Source: Dimorphilus gyrociliatus
Taxonomy: Eukaryota; Animalia; Annelida
Length of the DNA: 64,000 bases
Direction of reading: 5' to 3'
Assembly (NCBI GenBank): GCA_904063045.1
Contig: CAJFCJ010000006.1
Location: 1-64,000 of the forward strand
The translations under genes and the position numbers were made by a program. The notes under the pieces are model-generated. The model did no database searches, was not told where the DNA came from, and worked only from the letters and a program-made list of their open reading frames with translations. This document shows, in pieces, positions 13,403 through 28,600 of this stretch. Within the stretch, counting starts at the first letter, position 1. Each line of letters opens with the position of its first letter.

Positions 13403-13639
13403 TTAGATAGTAATAAAGTCTCTGTGATGTAGAACTTATATATTGTATAACTTTAACTGTATTTAGCTACTAATAAACATTTCTGTCAGACTATTAAATA
13501 TTAAAACTTTAGTTGTCTTTCCGTCCAAAGGTGGAATAAATAAATGCCACATTAAATTATTCTTTTTTGAAATACAAAGTATAAAGTTTTCATTCCTATT
13601 GTAAAAATGGTTTTCTTTAGTTGAGCTGCAACAGGTAAT

Positions 13640-16600
13640 ATGTATGTTGGTTTGTGCATATACTTAGGAATTGTTTCACTTTTAAGTTTAGTTCATGGAA
13701 ATTGCTCTCATTGCAAATATGGTACCTGTGTTAACGCTAAATGTTCTTGTTATGGATTCGTTTATGGATGGAGATGTGATCAAGGTAACATTATTACCTT
13801 CAAGAACGTAAAACTTATTTGTTTTTACATGAATAGTGAAGGGGTACCTTGTCTTGGAAGGTTACGAATATGTACAGTATGACAAGACTTTAAAAGACAA
13901 AACTTTAAGCGAATGCTTAGAATACTGCGAAATTGAACATTTCGCAGGAGTGATATTTACAACGACTGAATGTCATTTTATAAATAGAATTACACTAGAA
14001 GATGTGACAGAGACATATCCAAGTTCTAACAACTTATTACTTATCTATTTAAGTCAGTATTTCGATAGTAAAAGTATACCTCTAAATTTTCTTCTGTTTT
14101 AGATCATCCTAAAGTTTTTCATCCATCCCAATCATCTACATTAAGTATACAATACTTATATGCGTCCATCGGTTGTGATCAAAGATATTATAGCAATCTA
14201 CACATCGACGAATCTCTATGGCTTAGCAAAAACGAAATGAAAATAAAAAATGATTTAATAGATATTGCTGTAGAGAAAACTTTTCTTTGCCCAATGGCTG
14301 CCTTAGGAAGTACGACTAATCTTGCTCAGTATAAAAGTACAACGTCAGGAGAATTTTATAATTTTGATCATTCTTATCGAGCCGTAGATGGTGTCACATT
14401 AACATTAAAAGTACAGGAAATAGAGCATTAATTTTTAATTATTAAAATTTTGAAATATTTTTTAGATTTATAATGGCTGTACTACCATTCTAGAAAGTCC
14501 ATTTTTTGTTCAGGTTGACCTAAGCATAGAAGTACGAGTTCAAAGAGTTGAAATTATTGAAGGAGAATGCTGTTATATTGCGCAACCAAAAGTATTCGTG
14601 AAAGATATTTTATGTTCGGATTCAGCCGTTATAGGTGATAAGAAAACAACTACGATATATAATTGTAATAAAGAGTCGAAAGGAAATTTGCTTAAAATTG
14701 AAAATAATTCGGCTTTTTCAGTGTGTGAAATGCTCGTTTTTTCAGGTAATTAAAATAAATTAATATTAATAAGATTAATGCCTATAAAAAATATTTTTGT
14801 TAAAAAAAAAGAAAACATAGCATTGTACAAGCCTGCTTATGCATATCTTATACCTCTTGATGACTATTTGACAATTGCTTCGGTTTTAAACGATGGAAAA
14901 ATCTCAACATGTTTGTCAAGTAGACCTGTTGAAAATGGTCCCAGATTTCATATTGACTTACAAGATAGCTACCTGATTCATACGATAACTGTTTACCCAA
15001 GCGGCACCGGAAGTAATATTATAATATTTTGTATTAATATAATAACCTTTAATTTTGCATACAATATTTACAATTGAAAGGTGCCAATTCTTCAATTAAT
15101 GCTTATACTTCTTTCGATAATCCAATGTATGATTGGGTGAATATGAATAAAACGTTATGCGCTGATGAACTGTTTCAACTTCAAAAGAAAGAACCAATCA
15201 TATTTACGTGTAAAACTATAGGAAGATTTCTATCTATTATTCTAATATCGCCTAGAGATAAATTGACGTTTTGCGAAATTGAAATGAAGGGTATTTTAAT
15301 ATCTAAACGTAAGTTTTATTATGGGATCGATCAAGGTTCAAATTAAATAGTCTTTTTCCTAGTGCCGAAGAATATTGCTTTAAATCGACCATCTCTTCAA
15401 TACGAAGGCACTTACAGCGATTCTCGTTATGCATCTAGTACAGCTTTTGATGGAGCATTAGGCGGCAACTATATAACAATTAGTCACACATCTGGTAGAA
15501 AAGGACTCCATTGGTTAGCGGTAGCGTTAATTCATACATATACCGTTTCTAGTATAGGCATTCAATACAGGATTTGCTGTAAATTTTTAAATAAAGTCCA
15601 TACTTTAGCATACTAAAAAACTTTTCTTTCGATAGGTGTTGAGAGGAATGGCGAAGATATTGTAGTCGCTGAAGAGTATGAGGATAAGACTTGGGTAGAA
15701 AATGAGCCTACCTGTATAAATTCTACGGCACCATCTTTTGAAAATATTAAACCCTTGGAATACAGACTTCATCCTTGTAAAGTTCCCAATCCTGTGGGAA
15801 AGTTTGTGAAATTACTGAATATGAAAGGGAAAGCTTTTCAGGTAGGGGAGGTTGAAGTTTTTGGCAACCTCCGAAACTTGGCGCCGTATCTTATTGAAAT
15901 AGAAAATATGACGTTAGTTAGTACCAGCATGTCTAATGAGCAAAAAAAATTTATGAATCTTATAAAAGTCTTTGATGGGAACTCTCAAGTTGCAGTTAAA
16001 AACTCTTATGCTCATCCTTGTACTGTAATTTCAAGATACCAAGATGAAGAATTATGGATAGGAGTGGAATTTTCTGTAGTATATTATCTTTTAGAAGTAA
16101 CAGTGGTTCCAACGTTTTTTGATAATAATAGTTTGTTACTTTAATCTTGATTAAATTATTCTTATAAATTAAATTCATTTATCTAGACTTTTTAAACCAT
16201 TTCGATATATCTTTGACGTCATCTCTCCCTACGATTACTTGGCCTCTTTCTCCTCGGACTATATGTAAATACGTAAAGTCAACGATAAAAGGTTCTTGGA
16301 CATGGTTCAATAAATGCCCTCCAAACAGATTCGGCAAGTTTGCCATAATAACCGATAAGAATTCATATTCAAAAAAGATGGGTATTTGTGAGCTGTTACT
16401 TTATGGTTTTCCGCTAAATAACACCGAATTTGGTCGAAAAAGAATATATCAGAAGCATTTTTATCAATATAAAACCTTTACTTCAGAGTTAAAAGCATAT
16501 TCAAAAGTACTTTTATCCAATGAAATTCAAAATTATCCAACACACGAAGTTTTAATATTTGATACAATGAAAAAAATTATATTAAGAAGTCTTTTGATTT

Positions 16601-17116
16601 ATTTTTCTATGGACAAAAAGTCGACTGTTTCCTTTACCATATACTCGAGTTGGAATTATATCAATAGAGATAATTTAATATTTTGCGATGAGCATACTAA
16701 CGCTGGAGTTATTTCTGCCGGGTCAAAAATAGAATACCATTGCAGGAATCTAAAAAAAAATAGATATATATCTTTACACAATACTGGTTATTTCTATATT
16801 AACTATATTGAATTCTTTGTTGACGAATGTAAGTTATAATGAGCTATTATATGTTATTTTAATTGTTCAATTTTCAACAGTTTCACTAGAACGAATTTCA
16901 CTCTCCTCTTCAGCTGTTAACGAGCTTTTTACAAAATGGATTGATTTAAATTTAACAGAATGCCTGCAAAAATGTTTCAGATTATACCATTGCCATTCAG
17001 TATCATTTCAAAAGGTTAACAAGTTATGTTCCATATTGGAGAATGTAATACCAACATCGGACAATAATACAATCGATAATACCTATACAACATTTTCTTA
17101 TAGACAATTTAGATAA
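13640..17116 (+). CDS. Secreted EGF-PAN-F5/8(fucolectin-like) multidomain protein, array copy 1
   Basis: Signal peptide, EGF (CSHCKYGTCVNAKCSCYGFVYGWRC), PAN-like (SECLEYC...ECHF), IQYLYASIGC module, domains opening NLAQYK / NIALYK / NIALNR, VFDGN...HPC, C-terminal PAN (ECLQKCFRLYHCHSVSFQKVNKLC). Confidence 0.8.
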
Positions 17117-17421
17117 ATAATTTTAATTATATAATATTTTGTACAACGTGACAGTGACAAAAAGCTTAATACAAATACTCTAAAATTGTTCAAGTTGAGT
17201 AAATAAAAAAACAAAAATCTATGTTTTTTAATAATAAAATACTAAATAATATATGAGTTTGTCTTTAATTTTAATGAGTACGTATGACAAACAATTGGAT
17301 AATATAAGATATGACTTATGCAGGTATAAGGAAACTAAATTATGAAAAGACAAAGGCATTTGTTTTGACATTTCATTGCTTTCATACTCAAGTTTTATTT
17401 GGATTTTGTGCCCTGTTAGAG

Positions 17422-20400
17422 ATGAAATTCTGTATCGCTTGTTTATGGATTTATACAATTTCACTCTTATGTTTAGTTTACTATGTAACCAGTTCTTGTG
17501 AAACTGAATGCCTTGCAGGTACATGTCAATTTGATAATTGCATATGCTTATCCGGTTTCTATGGGAAATGGTGTGAAAAATGTAAATATTTTCAATACTT
17601 GATATATACAGTATATTGTTTATTATTACAAAATTTTAATTAGCAAATACCATGGTTTTGTTACCTCAATTCGATTCAGAATACAATGATATAGAAATGG
17701 AAGAAAATATGTCATTATTACAATGCATTGAGTCTTGCAGTTTAAAGAACATTTCGTCCTGCACGTATGTAATATCTAACAAAAGTTGCTACTACAAAAG
17801 CAGATGGACACTCGATCCAGATGGAGCTCACATGGCGAAATTAACTTCAAATCCAAATCTTTTCGGCATGTACAGAATATGTAAGACACTTCTTTTTTAA
17901 AATGATATGTTATCTTTTATTGTTGCATTTTCTAGTTGATGCAGCAGTTACCTGTTCAAATAAAGATGTGAAGAGGGTTAACGGCAATCATTGTATTGAG
18001 CTTCTATTTCGACGAGCAGGTTGTTTGCCAGAAAAATTTGCTGAACTTTTAAAAGCAAAAGGAACGAATTGGCTAGGAAAGACTGTAGAATATGTTAAAC
18101 AAGAATTAAAGAATATAATGAATAGTGATGAACGAAATTTTTGTCGCCATGAGTCTTTCCATGGAAGAAAGAATCTTGCTTATAGGGCACTGACTTCTGG
18201 TGATACGATCACTTCAGATATAAACCATCCTTCTCATATCGTTGACGGAGTTAAAGAAACCAATTTCGTCGGTATTTTCTTGTGTTTTAGACTAATAGCA
18301 ATAAAAATAACTGTTTGTTTCCCAATTGAAATAATCAGACGGGTGGTTGTAGTGAAGTAACTGGTTCGCCTACTTGGTTAAATATCACCTTGGATCATCA
18401 TTTATCTCTGTATAGTGTTGAAATTTTATCGGCTGATTGCTGTAAGCTACCATTCGTTAAAATTTATGGAGACAATAGTAAATACTGTTCGGACTCCTAT
18501 AATGTTGAAACGATTATAGGAAAAACAACATTCATTTGTTTATCAGAGGTTATAACTAATAAAGTGATTATAATAGGTGAAGGAAATATGGTTGTTTGTG
18601 AGGTTAGCATTTTCTCAGGTAGGCTTTATTTTCAAAGCACAATACCATATACTGTATAAGTATTCGTAACTTACTTTTGTTTATTCTAAATAGATAATAT
18701 TGCCGAAGGTAAAGGTGTCATTCTTAACAGCTATAGGTCTGATACTGTAATAGATGAATTTGATCCCATCTATTTGACTGATGGTATTCCGACTAGCTGT
18801 ATGAAGCTACAAAATCCCTATAGCTTTTTCATTGATCTTGGAGATATTTTTACTATACAACAGGTTAAAATTATGAAATCATCCTTAACTACTGGTTAGT
18901 AAACAATTAATGAATTCTGTAGGTTTGTTTAACATTCCATATTTTAGGTGCAGTGCAGGCGAATGTAGTTGGCTATGCTCACCATCTAGCATTTACTCAG
19001 GTCGTGAATATATGTTCTTCGCTTGTCGACGTTGTTTTTGTAAATAATTGGGCAAATTTTAGTTGCCAGTCAAATAACAATGTTAGATTTATTCATGTAA
19101 AAACAAATAGCAACAACAACCTACTTTTATGTGATTTGATTATAAAGGGAAGTTTTTCCGAAAAAGGTAAAATCATGTAATTATCTTATCTTTTTTATCA
19201 TGAAAATTTTATCCATGTTTACAGGAAGCACCAACATAGCTTTTAATAAAATTTGTTGGAATTCAGGATCTTATCGACGAACTAATAATCTGAACTTTAT
19301 TCCCTCTAAATTAGTTGATGGTATTATCGGAGGAACCGCTCCGTATCTTTATCAATCTGCTAGCCCAGAAGCCTGGTTATGCGTTGATCTATATAATATC
19401 TTTAAAGTGCAATCTTTTATTTTGATTAGTCCTATTCGTAAGTATTTATCAATTAATATTAAGATGAACTTATTAATTATGTTTGGCGAAAAGGAGAAAG
19501 AGGCGATTCATTTCACGTTACTGTTATCAACGAAGTTCCAGATGAAGATTGGAATTTAACAAATACAAATTGTCTCAGAGATTACCGACCTTACGAAGAC
19601 AGATCATTAGGAAGTTTAAAAATTGCCAATTGCACAAATCCTTATCCTATTGGAAGATATTTTATAATAGTTGAAGTATTAAATAGTTCATTAGTAGCAA
19701 GTGAACTGGAAATTTACGGTATACTTGAAAAAGAAATAGCCGATTTGTTGTCATTAAATAATATAAGCAGTATTCACCAAAGAAGTAAAAGAGGATTAGA
19801 TTTTAATCATCCAATTAAAATGTTTGACGAAAATGCTAATTCGATATTTGAAAATGAATATTTTCAGTCATGTGCTACTATTGTTAAAAGTGACAGGGAC
19901 TATCTTAACTGGATGGGTGTTGATTTTCAAACATATATGTTAGTCAGCAAAGTTATTTTAGTACCAGCTAATGATCCGCATCAAGGTTTTATTCATCTTC
20001 TTTGTTGTAATATACATTTATTTATATCTATTTTTCGTATTTATAGAACGATTTAACCATTTTCAAATAGTGATGTTAGGTCAAAGTATTGCAAATGATA
20101 ATTACAAAAGGAGCCAATCCGGCTACTTTTTGTGTCGCTATATTAATCTGGATAGACCGTTGGGTTGGATATGGAATATAGACTGCAAAAACTACACCCA
20201 CGGACAAGTTCTTATAATAATTGACAAAAGAATAAATACGTTTAGAATGTCAATATGTGAATTGAAAATATATGCTGTACAAATAGCCAAACCTGAAGAA
20301 GGACAGTCAAAGAGCTATGATAAACATATTTTCAGATATCCCTCTCTTGTCGCAAATGATAAGGCTAAATATTTTAAGACGATTTATAGTTTCGAATCAC

Positions 20401-21013
20401 CATATATCTTTTCATATACTTCACTTACTGTTGATACAGTTAGACTCTTTGAGCTGAATCTAATAAGGATATTTACATCATTTAATTACAACTCTAAATC
20501 TTCCTTTAAGATATACAATAGTCGAGATTTGCATAATACAAATGAGTTAGAATACTGCAATGAACATAGATTGGAAGACGATGGTGAAATTTTAAGAGAA
20601 TCTGTAGTTAAATATTGGTGTAAACACAAGTCGATTGGTAGATATGTAGTGTTTGAAATTAATAGCGCCCTGAACTTTAGAGTTATAGAGTTACGTGGCT
20701 CAGAGTGTGAGAATCCAATTTTCAATATAATATTATTGAATAACGAATGCTACTAATACATTTGTTTACAGATGCCTTTCGTAAAAAGTCACCTCAAGAT
20801 GAATCTGTTCTACAGCAATTTCAAAATTGGCTTCCATCAATATCATTTCAAAGATGTATCTCCTCCTGTTGGAGGGACATAAATTGTTCATCTTATGCTT
20901 ACAAATGGAATAACGCTCAATGCTCTCATTCACCCGAAAGATTTATTTCTTCAAACACTCAACAATGGGAAAGTTCAGATATAACTTTCTATAAGTTAGT
21001 CAGAACGCCTTAA
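17422..21013 (+). CDS. Array copy 2 (signal peptide-EGF-PAN-module-F5/8 repeats-PAN)
   Basis: MKFCIACLWIYTISLLCLV, EGF CETECLAGTCQFDNCICLSGFYGKWC, CIELLFRRAGC, NLAYR / NIAEGK / NIAFNK, HPIKMFDEN...QSC, terminal PAN RCISSCWRDINCSSYAY. Confidence 0.8.
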
Positions 21014-21526
21014 CTGTCCATTTTAAATATGGCAATTGAATGAAAATGATCCAATAAATTCCTGGGAGTTATACTTTAAGTCGTCGATAAGTTAACAATA
21101 AATTGGATAATAACTATTCTCAAATTTCTCAAATGAATAAGATGTAATTGCATCATTTTCTCAATTTACTTTGAAGGATTGATTATTTACAATTCAACCT
21201 ATTTTTGATAACAAAGACAACTATCGAATTTGTTTATGGAAATTTTGCAATATCTCAATTTTTTATATAAAAGACTTGAACAATAATAATATAGATGTGA
21301 CGTTTCTTTGAATATTAATGAATAGCAATAAACTTATTGTTACTTGATTACAATACCTAATGAATAGAATGCAAATAGTTAATTTAACAGTTTAGTCCAA
21401 TAGCAGCTCTAATTTATCATTATTTTATATTTTTTTGTAAAGAATATCTATAAACAGTTCATTAAATATTTGCAGTTAACGAATAATTTATGAGTTCATT
21501 TGGCAGCCAAGACGAAAAACTTAACA

Positions 21527-24500
21527 ATGAAGAAACTAGATTTGCTTCACCTTATATTAGTAGTTTTTCAAATTGTACAAACAATTTCAATTTGCCCGCT
21601 TGGAAGAGTTTCTGATATTAATAGATGTGAAGAGTATTATGACATTGAAGACAATACGTCTAAAGGTATCGAAGTGACTTAAAAATAGAATAAGATTACA
21701 ATTTAATGTTTTTTTCAGATATGTTTGTTTTTCTAAGCGGATACGACGCTTATGGAAATGATTTATATAATTTGAAACTTACCTTTGATGTTTGTTTACA
21801 AATATGCTTTGATGAACCGGATTGTTTTTTAATAACAAGAAGTAAACGGAATGAAATTTGCTATCTGAAACGAAAAATATATTTATCTCTTCAAAGTGAA
21901 GACACACAACCACAAAATACCTTTATAAGAAAGTGTGGCAGTTGTGAAACGGCCTATTTAATTGGTAATGAACAATACAGAATAACCTGATATCTAATAA
22001 GCAATTCATTATACGCAGATCGAGAAGAAGGCATATTATGCTCACACGAAGAAAATGCTAAAATTACAGGGAAACTCTGTGCCCAATATTTATATTTAAA
22101 AGCGGGAGGTTTATATAATAACTTTGAATTAGTTTATAAAATGATTGGAGATCTTTGGACTGACAAACCTCTAAAACAAATTCAAGATAATATCGACAAA
22201 AGTACTATCTGGAATCCAATCATAAATAGAGAGAATATCGCGTTATATCGTAAAGTTAAAGTTAATAATACTGCAGTGGACAATTATATTCCCTATCACG
22301 CAGTTGATGGTGTTAATTATCCAATAGTAGTAAGTTTCGTTAAGATAAGAGCTATTCATTTTTAATTAGCTCTCTATATTTTCATTTGTAATTTCATAGA
22401 ATCTTCAGGCTTGTGCCATATTTACAAATATTGACAATTCTGCGCCAGCTTATATAGAAGTTAACTTAGAATCAGTGATCAAACTTTATTGTTTAATAAT
22501 ATCAGAATCTAACAATAAGCAATTATCGGAAATTGTAATCTACAAACAATATACAACGGAAAAGCAGATTATTTGTAATGAAACTAAAAGAAAGGTAAAC
22601 TTAGATACAACATTCTACTGCAAAAATAACGATTCTGCTAAAATATTAAATTTGGAATATTTTAATAAATTAGAAATCTGCGAAATTAAAATATATCCAG
22701 GTAAAACTTGTCAAATAACTAGTTTACAGCTATTTCCCTTCTATTTTTTCTTTACAGACAATTTGGCATTAGGAAAGCCAGTTTTAAATTCTGCAAATTT
22801 CATGACAAACAATCAGTTTATTGAAGATAATCTTTTTAGATTAATTTTTATCGATCTAGAACAAGAATATTCTGTAAACTTCGTAGCTTTAAATTATACT
22901 AATCCACATGAAAAAAGTATAATAACAAGTTTATTTATCAATAAAAACGTATTCTATTTTAATGAAAATTAATAGATAATGTTACTTTCCAAATTCAATA
23001 CATTAAAAGTTTCTTACAACTGGACAATGAAGATTTAAAATTACATTCATACTCGAAAAACAATAGTATCAATTTTATTCGGAGGAAAGTTACTCAAAGA
23101 GCAAGATATTTAAATATCTATAGATTAAATGAGGACTTTTACGAAATAACATTTATACAAATTTATGGACAGCTGAAAAGTAAGTAATTTAAACTTTTAG
23201 TTAAAGTTAATTGTTAGATTTTGATTATCTCTTGTTACAGAACCAAATTTTCTTAATATTGCTTATAGAAAGCATATCTCTCTGTTGAATAGTTCGGATT
23301 ATGTTTTTAAATTAAATGACGGTAATTTCAATTCCTATAGTGAAATATCAGCAGATTCAATGATTGGGATTTATCTTGGTAAAATCTATGCAATTCAATC
23401 ATTCGCTTTACTCTATGGATTAAGTGTGTGTTCATCTATTATTATCTATCTCATTTTTCTTTTATATATGTATTTTTACTATTCAGATAATGAAACTGTT
23501 CAGTATTATTTATCCGCTTTCGTTAACAACACTATCGAGAGTCAAGATATCGATGAAAATATGCAATCTTGCATTGATAATAATGAACTAAATCTTCCTT
23601 TGAAATATCAATATTTTCACTTTCAATGTGATAATATTGTAAAAGGAAATCGTTTTATAGTATTAAATAAAAATTCTAGGATAATTATCAATGAAATTCA
23701 AATTTTTGGTCTAGAATTCAATGATGGGAATATAATACCAATTGAAGAAATTAAACAATTTCATACAAGTGACAGTGGGCCTATAGACGATTATCATTTC
23801 CATCATCCAATAAAGGCCTTCGACGGCTATCATGAGAACATAATTTCCGATTTAAGTAGGCATTCGTGTACCTTTTTTTATACAAAATTTAACTATGCCT
23901 GGTTAGCTATTGAGCTTTTCAATGAAATTTTATTAGAACAAATAGTAATTACCTACGGAAAATATGCAAATGAAGGTATTGTATGTTGTTTATACCAATA
24001 TAAAATGTTTTTTATTACTTTTTACCATAAAAGAAGTCTTAAGTGAATTTGACGTTTCTGTTGTACGAGAAAACGTTTCATTAACCAATTGGCCTTTTGT
24101 AACACGTCGAATCTGTAATTATAGAAATATTAAGAAACATNNNNNNNNNNNNNNNNNNNNNNNNNNNNNNNNNNNNNNNNNNNNNNNNNNNNNNNNNNNN
24201 NNNNNNNNNNNNNNNNNNNNNNNNNNNNNNNNNNNNNNNNNNNNNNNNNNNNNNNNNNNNNNNNNNNNNNNNNNNNNNNNNNNNNNNNNNNNNNNNNNNN
24301 NNNNNNNNNNNNNNNNNNNNNNNNNNNNNNNNNNNNNNNNNNNNNNNNNNNNNNNNNNNNNNNNNNNNNNNNNNNNNNNNNNNNNNNNNNNNNNNNNNNN
24401 NNNNNNNNNNNNNNNNNNNNNNNNNNNNNNNNNNNNNNNNNNNNNNNNNNNNNNNNNNNNNNNNNNNNNNNNNNNNNNNNNNNNNNNNNNNNNNNNNNNN

Positions 24501-25009
24501 NNNNNNNTAATAATTTTGAATTATATTCCGTTGAAAATGTTTTTATTGCATCGTCATTAAAGGTTTTTTGCGATGATTATAAAACGCAAGATGGTAATAT
24601 AACATCAAAATCTATACTTCGTTTTTATTGTAAAAGAACAATTATAGCAAAATATTTTGTATTAGAAAATTTAAATGGGATATTAAATATTAATCGTATT
24701 GTGTTCTATGGATGGAGTTGTAAGTTATGGATGAAAACATCGCTTAAAAACGAAATAGTAATATCTTTCTCTTTTATTATAGATTCGTTTAGAATAACTA
24801 CTACAAATGATATGTCTACTTTAGCAAGTTTTACGACCATCGAAGCGAAATCTTTTAGCATTTGTTGCAAAAGCTGCTTAATTTCTGTTAATTGCAAATC
24901 ATTTCTATATGAATGGAAAGATAAGATATGTTCAATTAGTGATAAAATCTTTGCGAAAAACTTTGAGAGCACAATCACCACGACAAACTATCACATGTTT
25001 TCAATATAA
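21527..25009 (+). CDS. Array copy 3 (interrupted by assembly gap)
   Basis: MKKLDLLHLILVVFQIVQTISIC, PAN VCLQICFDEPDC, CAQYLYLKAGG, NIALYRKV, NLALGKP, HPIKAFDGY...HSC, terminal PAN ICCKSCLISVNCKSFLY. Confidence 0.75.
24141..24507. other. Assembly gap (367 N) inside coding sequence of array copy 3
   Basis: Run of N. The homologous stretch in copy 4 (between ENIKH and GNF) is 315 nt versus 368 nt here, so the gap either hides a ~53-nt intron or its length is an estimate. Confidence 0.95.
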
Positions 25010-25628
25010 TATTTAAATACCCTTACAAACAATACATTTGAAAGCTAATGTAGTTTCGTAATTGATAAATGTTTGTACTAGGTAAATATCTAATAATAGT
25101 CTTTCTGCTATTAACTCTTATAAAATAGAATATTTATGAATAAGAAAAAATATGATAATATGCTATTATACAATACTTTGTTAACTGCTGTACCTTTTGA
25201 AATATAAAGACTAATTCTTTACTCTAATTGGTGTTTGTCATATCTTATATTCGAAGATTATTTTGCTTAGAATGGCATTAAATTCAAAGCAATCCTTGGG
25301 GGGGGGGGAGAGCAGAAGGGTAGTGTTTAGTTGCAATTCAAATAGTTCAATGATATTTAATAAGGCAATTACCAAGAAATCTATCTTTACCATCATTTTT
25401 ATTTCTTTGAATATTTAATAGCACTATTATTTTATTGCATATGTTTCAAAAAGATGTTTATTCAGTCAACTGTAAATGGAGTCACTACCTTAAATGATCA
25501 ATCTTGAATGAGAAGAAACAATTTCTATGGATAAACTTTAATTATTATTCTAAATTATTAAAGATATCTTTACTATACGATTTTCATTCTTGAAGTTTGT
25601 CCGTATAACTTTCAATATTTTGGTGGAA

Positions 25629-28600
25629 ATGTATTGTATTTATATTTTCATTTTTTGCTTTTCTATCAAAAATTTGAATGGAGCTTGCGATTATTTGAAC
25701 GCTTTTGATGATTCTGAATCTTGTATTATATATAATTATACGTCTACATCTGTTCAAGGTATTTAGATAAATATATCCAGAGATATCGTTTCTATATTGG
25801 ATCGGTTTTAATAAAATTTATCAAAGTTAAAGGCGTTGTGGCGATTAAGAAGTACATTTCACCAGGAAATAACCTTTTTCCTTCGTGTAAACTCATAGAA
25901 AATTTAAATGAAGCGATTGTATATTGTCAATCACATCAGAATTGCGTTGGATTTGTTTTTTCTATTCCACAGAGCTGTGTATTGTATAAATCCACAATTC
26001 ATTTAAACTATAGGCCAGGTTTCAGTTTCAAATATCTCGGCGACCAACCTAATTCAGCTCTATTTTACTTTCTAGGTTTGAAAAATGACTTTCTAATTTC
26101 ATTTAATAGAAATATATCTTTTCCTTTTAGATACGCAAGATATAAGATGTAATGCTATTGGGAATTCAGGTGATATTGTAGAGGATAAATATTGTTTTCA
26201 ATATCTTTTTTTAAAATCTGGTTGTTTACTGGACAATTTTGATATTACATACAAAAAGTACACAACATACTGGACAAATCAACCTTTTTCATTAATAAAA
26301 AACAGCTTTAATTCATTTTTAAATTCCTGTTTAGCTCATTTTTGTAATAGTAAATCATATCCCGTTAATGGCGGTTATAATTTGGCTTTATATAGATCAG
26401 TGAAGTCAAGCGGATACAATTCATCCGAATTTCATCCATATCACGCGGTTGATGGAGTTATTTACAGCATACTGGCAAGTAAAAATCCGTAAACTACAAC
26501 TTGTAACTATATTTCTATTGTGAGAAATATGCTAAAATCAAATAAATATACAAGAGTTTACAAAGATTCTATCAGCATCAAGTAAACAAATATTTGAAGG
26601 ATGCTTTTTAGAAACCTTTTAACACTAGAATTAGATCAACCGTTTTCCCGACAAGATAAAGATTCTTTCTAGAGGCGTTGCTTATATCTTCTATGATATA
26701 TAATTAATACTTTATTCTATTTATTAATCAATTGAACATTCAAAATGCAGTTATCTTCCTCCATTATGTTTCTCTTTTCTTCACCTTATTAAATTTAGAT
26801 TGTATCTTTGTTTTATCATTTTCCATTATAGCCTTTAATAATTCTTCTCTCTCAACAGCATACTGGCGGATGTACTATAGTTTTAGGTGACGAACTCCTG
26901 CAATATTACTTTGAAGTTAATCTAGATACTCCAACGATGATTGAAAATCTTGTTGTTTTTGAACATGAATTTTATGGAAATTCAAGTGATTATCGTGCAT
27001 ATATTGAATCAATTTCCTCAGAGAAGAAACCAATGTATAGTCTCGAATTGAATGAGAAAGCGAAAAGATATTTCTATATCATTGATATAGAAATGTCTGG
27101 AAAAGTTTATATCAATAGTACAAGTACATTTTCAATTTGTGAAATAAGAATTTATTCTGGTAAGGTTTATACAAAAGAAATTGTGTCAATTAGTCAAATA
27201 TATGTAAATATAAACAAATATATTCAGCTGATATTTCATTTGGAAAATCTCAATTCAATTTTACTAACACATCAACAAGTTTAAATACAAATCAGCCATC
27301 TTGGATTATTCTTGGAGACTTTTTAGCAACAATTTTAATTGATTTGGAAGGGATGTTTATTATTAATCTTATTGAATTAAACATTGAATATAGCAGTTTT
27401 GGTAAATTTTTGTCATTTACAATATAATAATTATACAAATATAATATTAAAATCTTTCAGTTAACGCTATTTTGGATGAAAACTATAGAGCCAGTATTTT
27501 TAAAGAAATCAATTCAATACAGTTAAATACCGGAGATACGTACAGTTGTAATAAGCGAAATGATTCAAATTTCATTTTAAATTGTGTCGGAATCTCTAAA
27601 GGAAAATATGTTCTATTCAAAGAGAGAAGAGATATTAATCATCCAATTGAAAATATTATAATTAGAGGTAGATTTTTATACAAAAAAGGTAAAATTTTAT
27701 TATTTTAATTTATTTAATTAGTTATTTAATTGAATTTATTTAATTATTAATGCAGACAAGAATATTGCTAAACATAAATCAATACGACAAACTTTTGATA
27801 ATCGATATTCAAGCAGAATTGCTGATGGATTGTTTAAAACGTTTTTAATATTTAAAAGAAAGAGCCAATTTTTTATTCACTTAGGAGCTTTATATAACGT
27901 TACCTCTTTTGCTATTTTTTTTCAAAGTAATCAAATACATTATCGATCTTTTTAGTTAAAAAGTTTATAATTTGTCTGTCTTTTTATTGAAAATTTGCTG
28001 TTAGGCGATAAGAATATTACTATAACTGCTTGGGCTAAATTTCAAACTAAAGATGGCAGTATAAATTCTTCAAACTGTGTTGAAAATTATGAGATCGGTG
28101 GAGATTTTATACATCAATTCCAACAAATTTATTGCCTTGGTTCCAACACAATTGGTCGATCATTTATAATAAGAAACAAATCTCCATTTGAGTTTAGTAT
28201 CAATGAAGTTCAAATTTTTGGTTCATTTCAACAATTACAATCCAAATTAATTTACTTAAATGAGATTAAAGCATTTTATTCAAGTAATAGTACTTCTGAA
28301 CAAATTCGCTATCAGAATGTACTTAAAGCATTTGATGGTAATCATAGTAGTTTAGTTACGGACTATCAACATCATTCTTGTATGTTTCTATTGAAAAGTG
28401 ATACTTTTTCATGGTTTATCATTCAACTTTACGATCCGTATCACTTATTATCTCTTAAAATAACACCTGGTGAATATATGAATAAAGGTAACATCAATAA
28501 GATATGAATGAAATTTTGAATAAAAATCGCTATTTCAATAGAAATTATAAACAATTTTGACGTATCAACATCATACCAACTGTCTTCTTTAATAGATTGG

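Noticed and set aside
23964-24560. 198-aa ORF with poly-X
   Set aside because: Artefact of translating through the N gap; the true frame changes after the gap.
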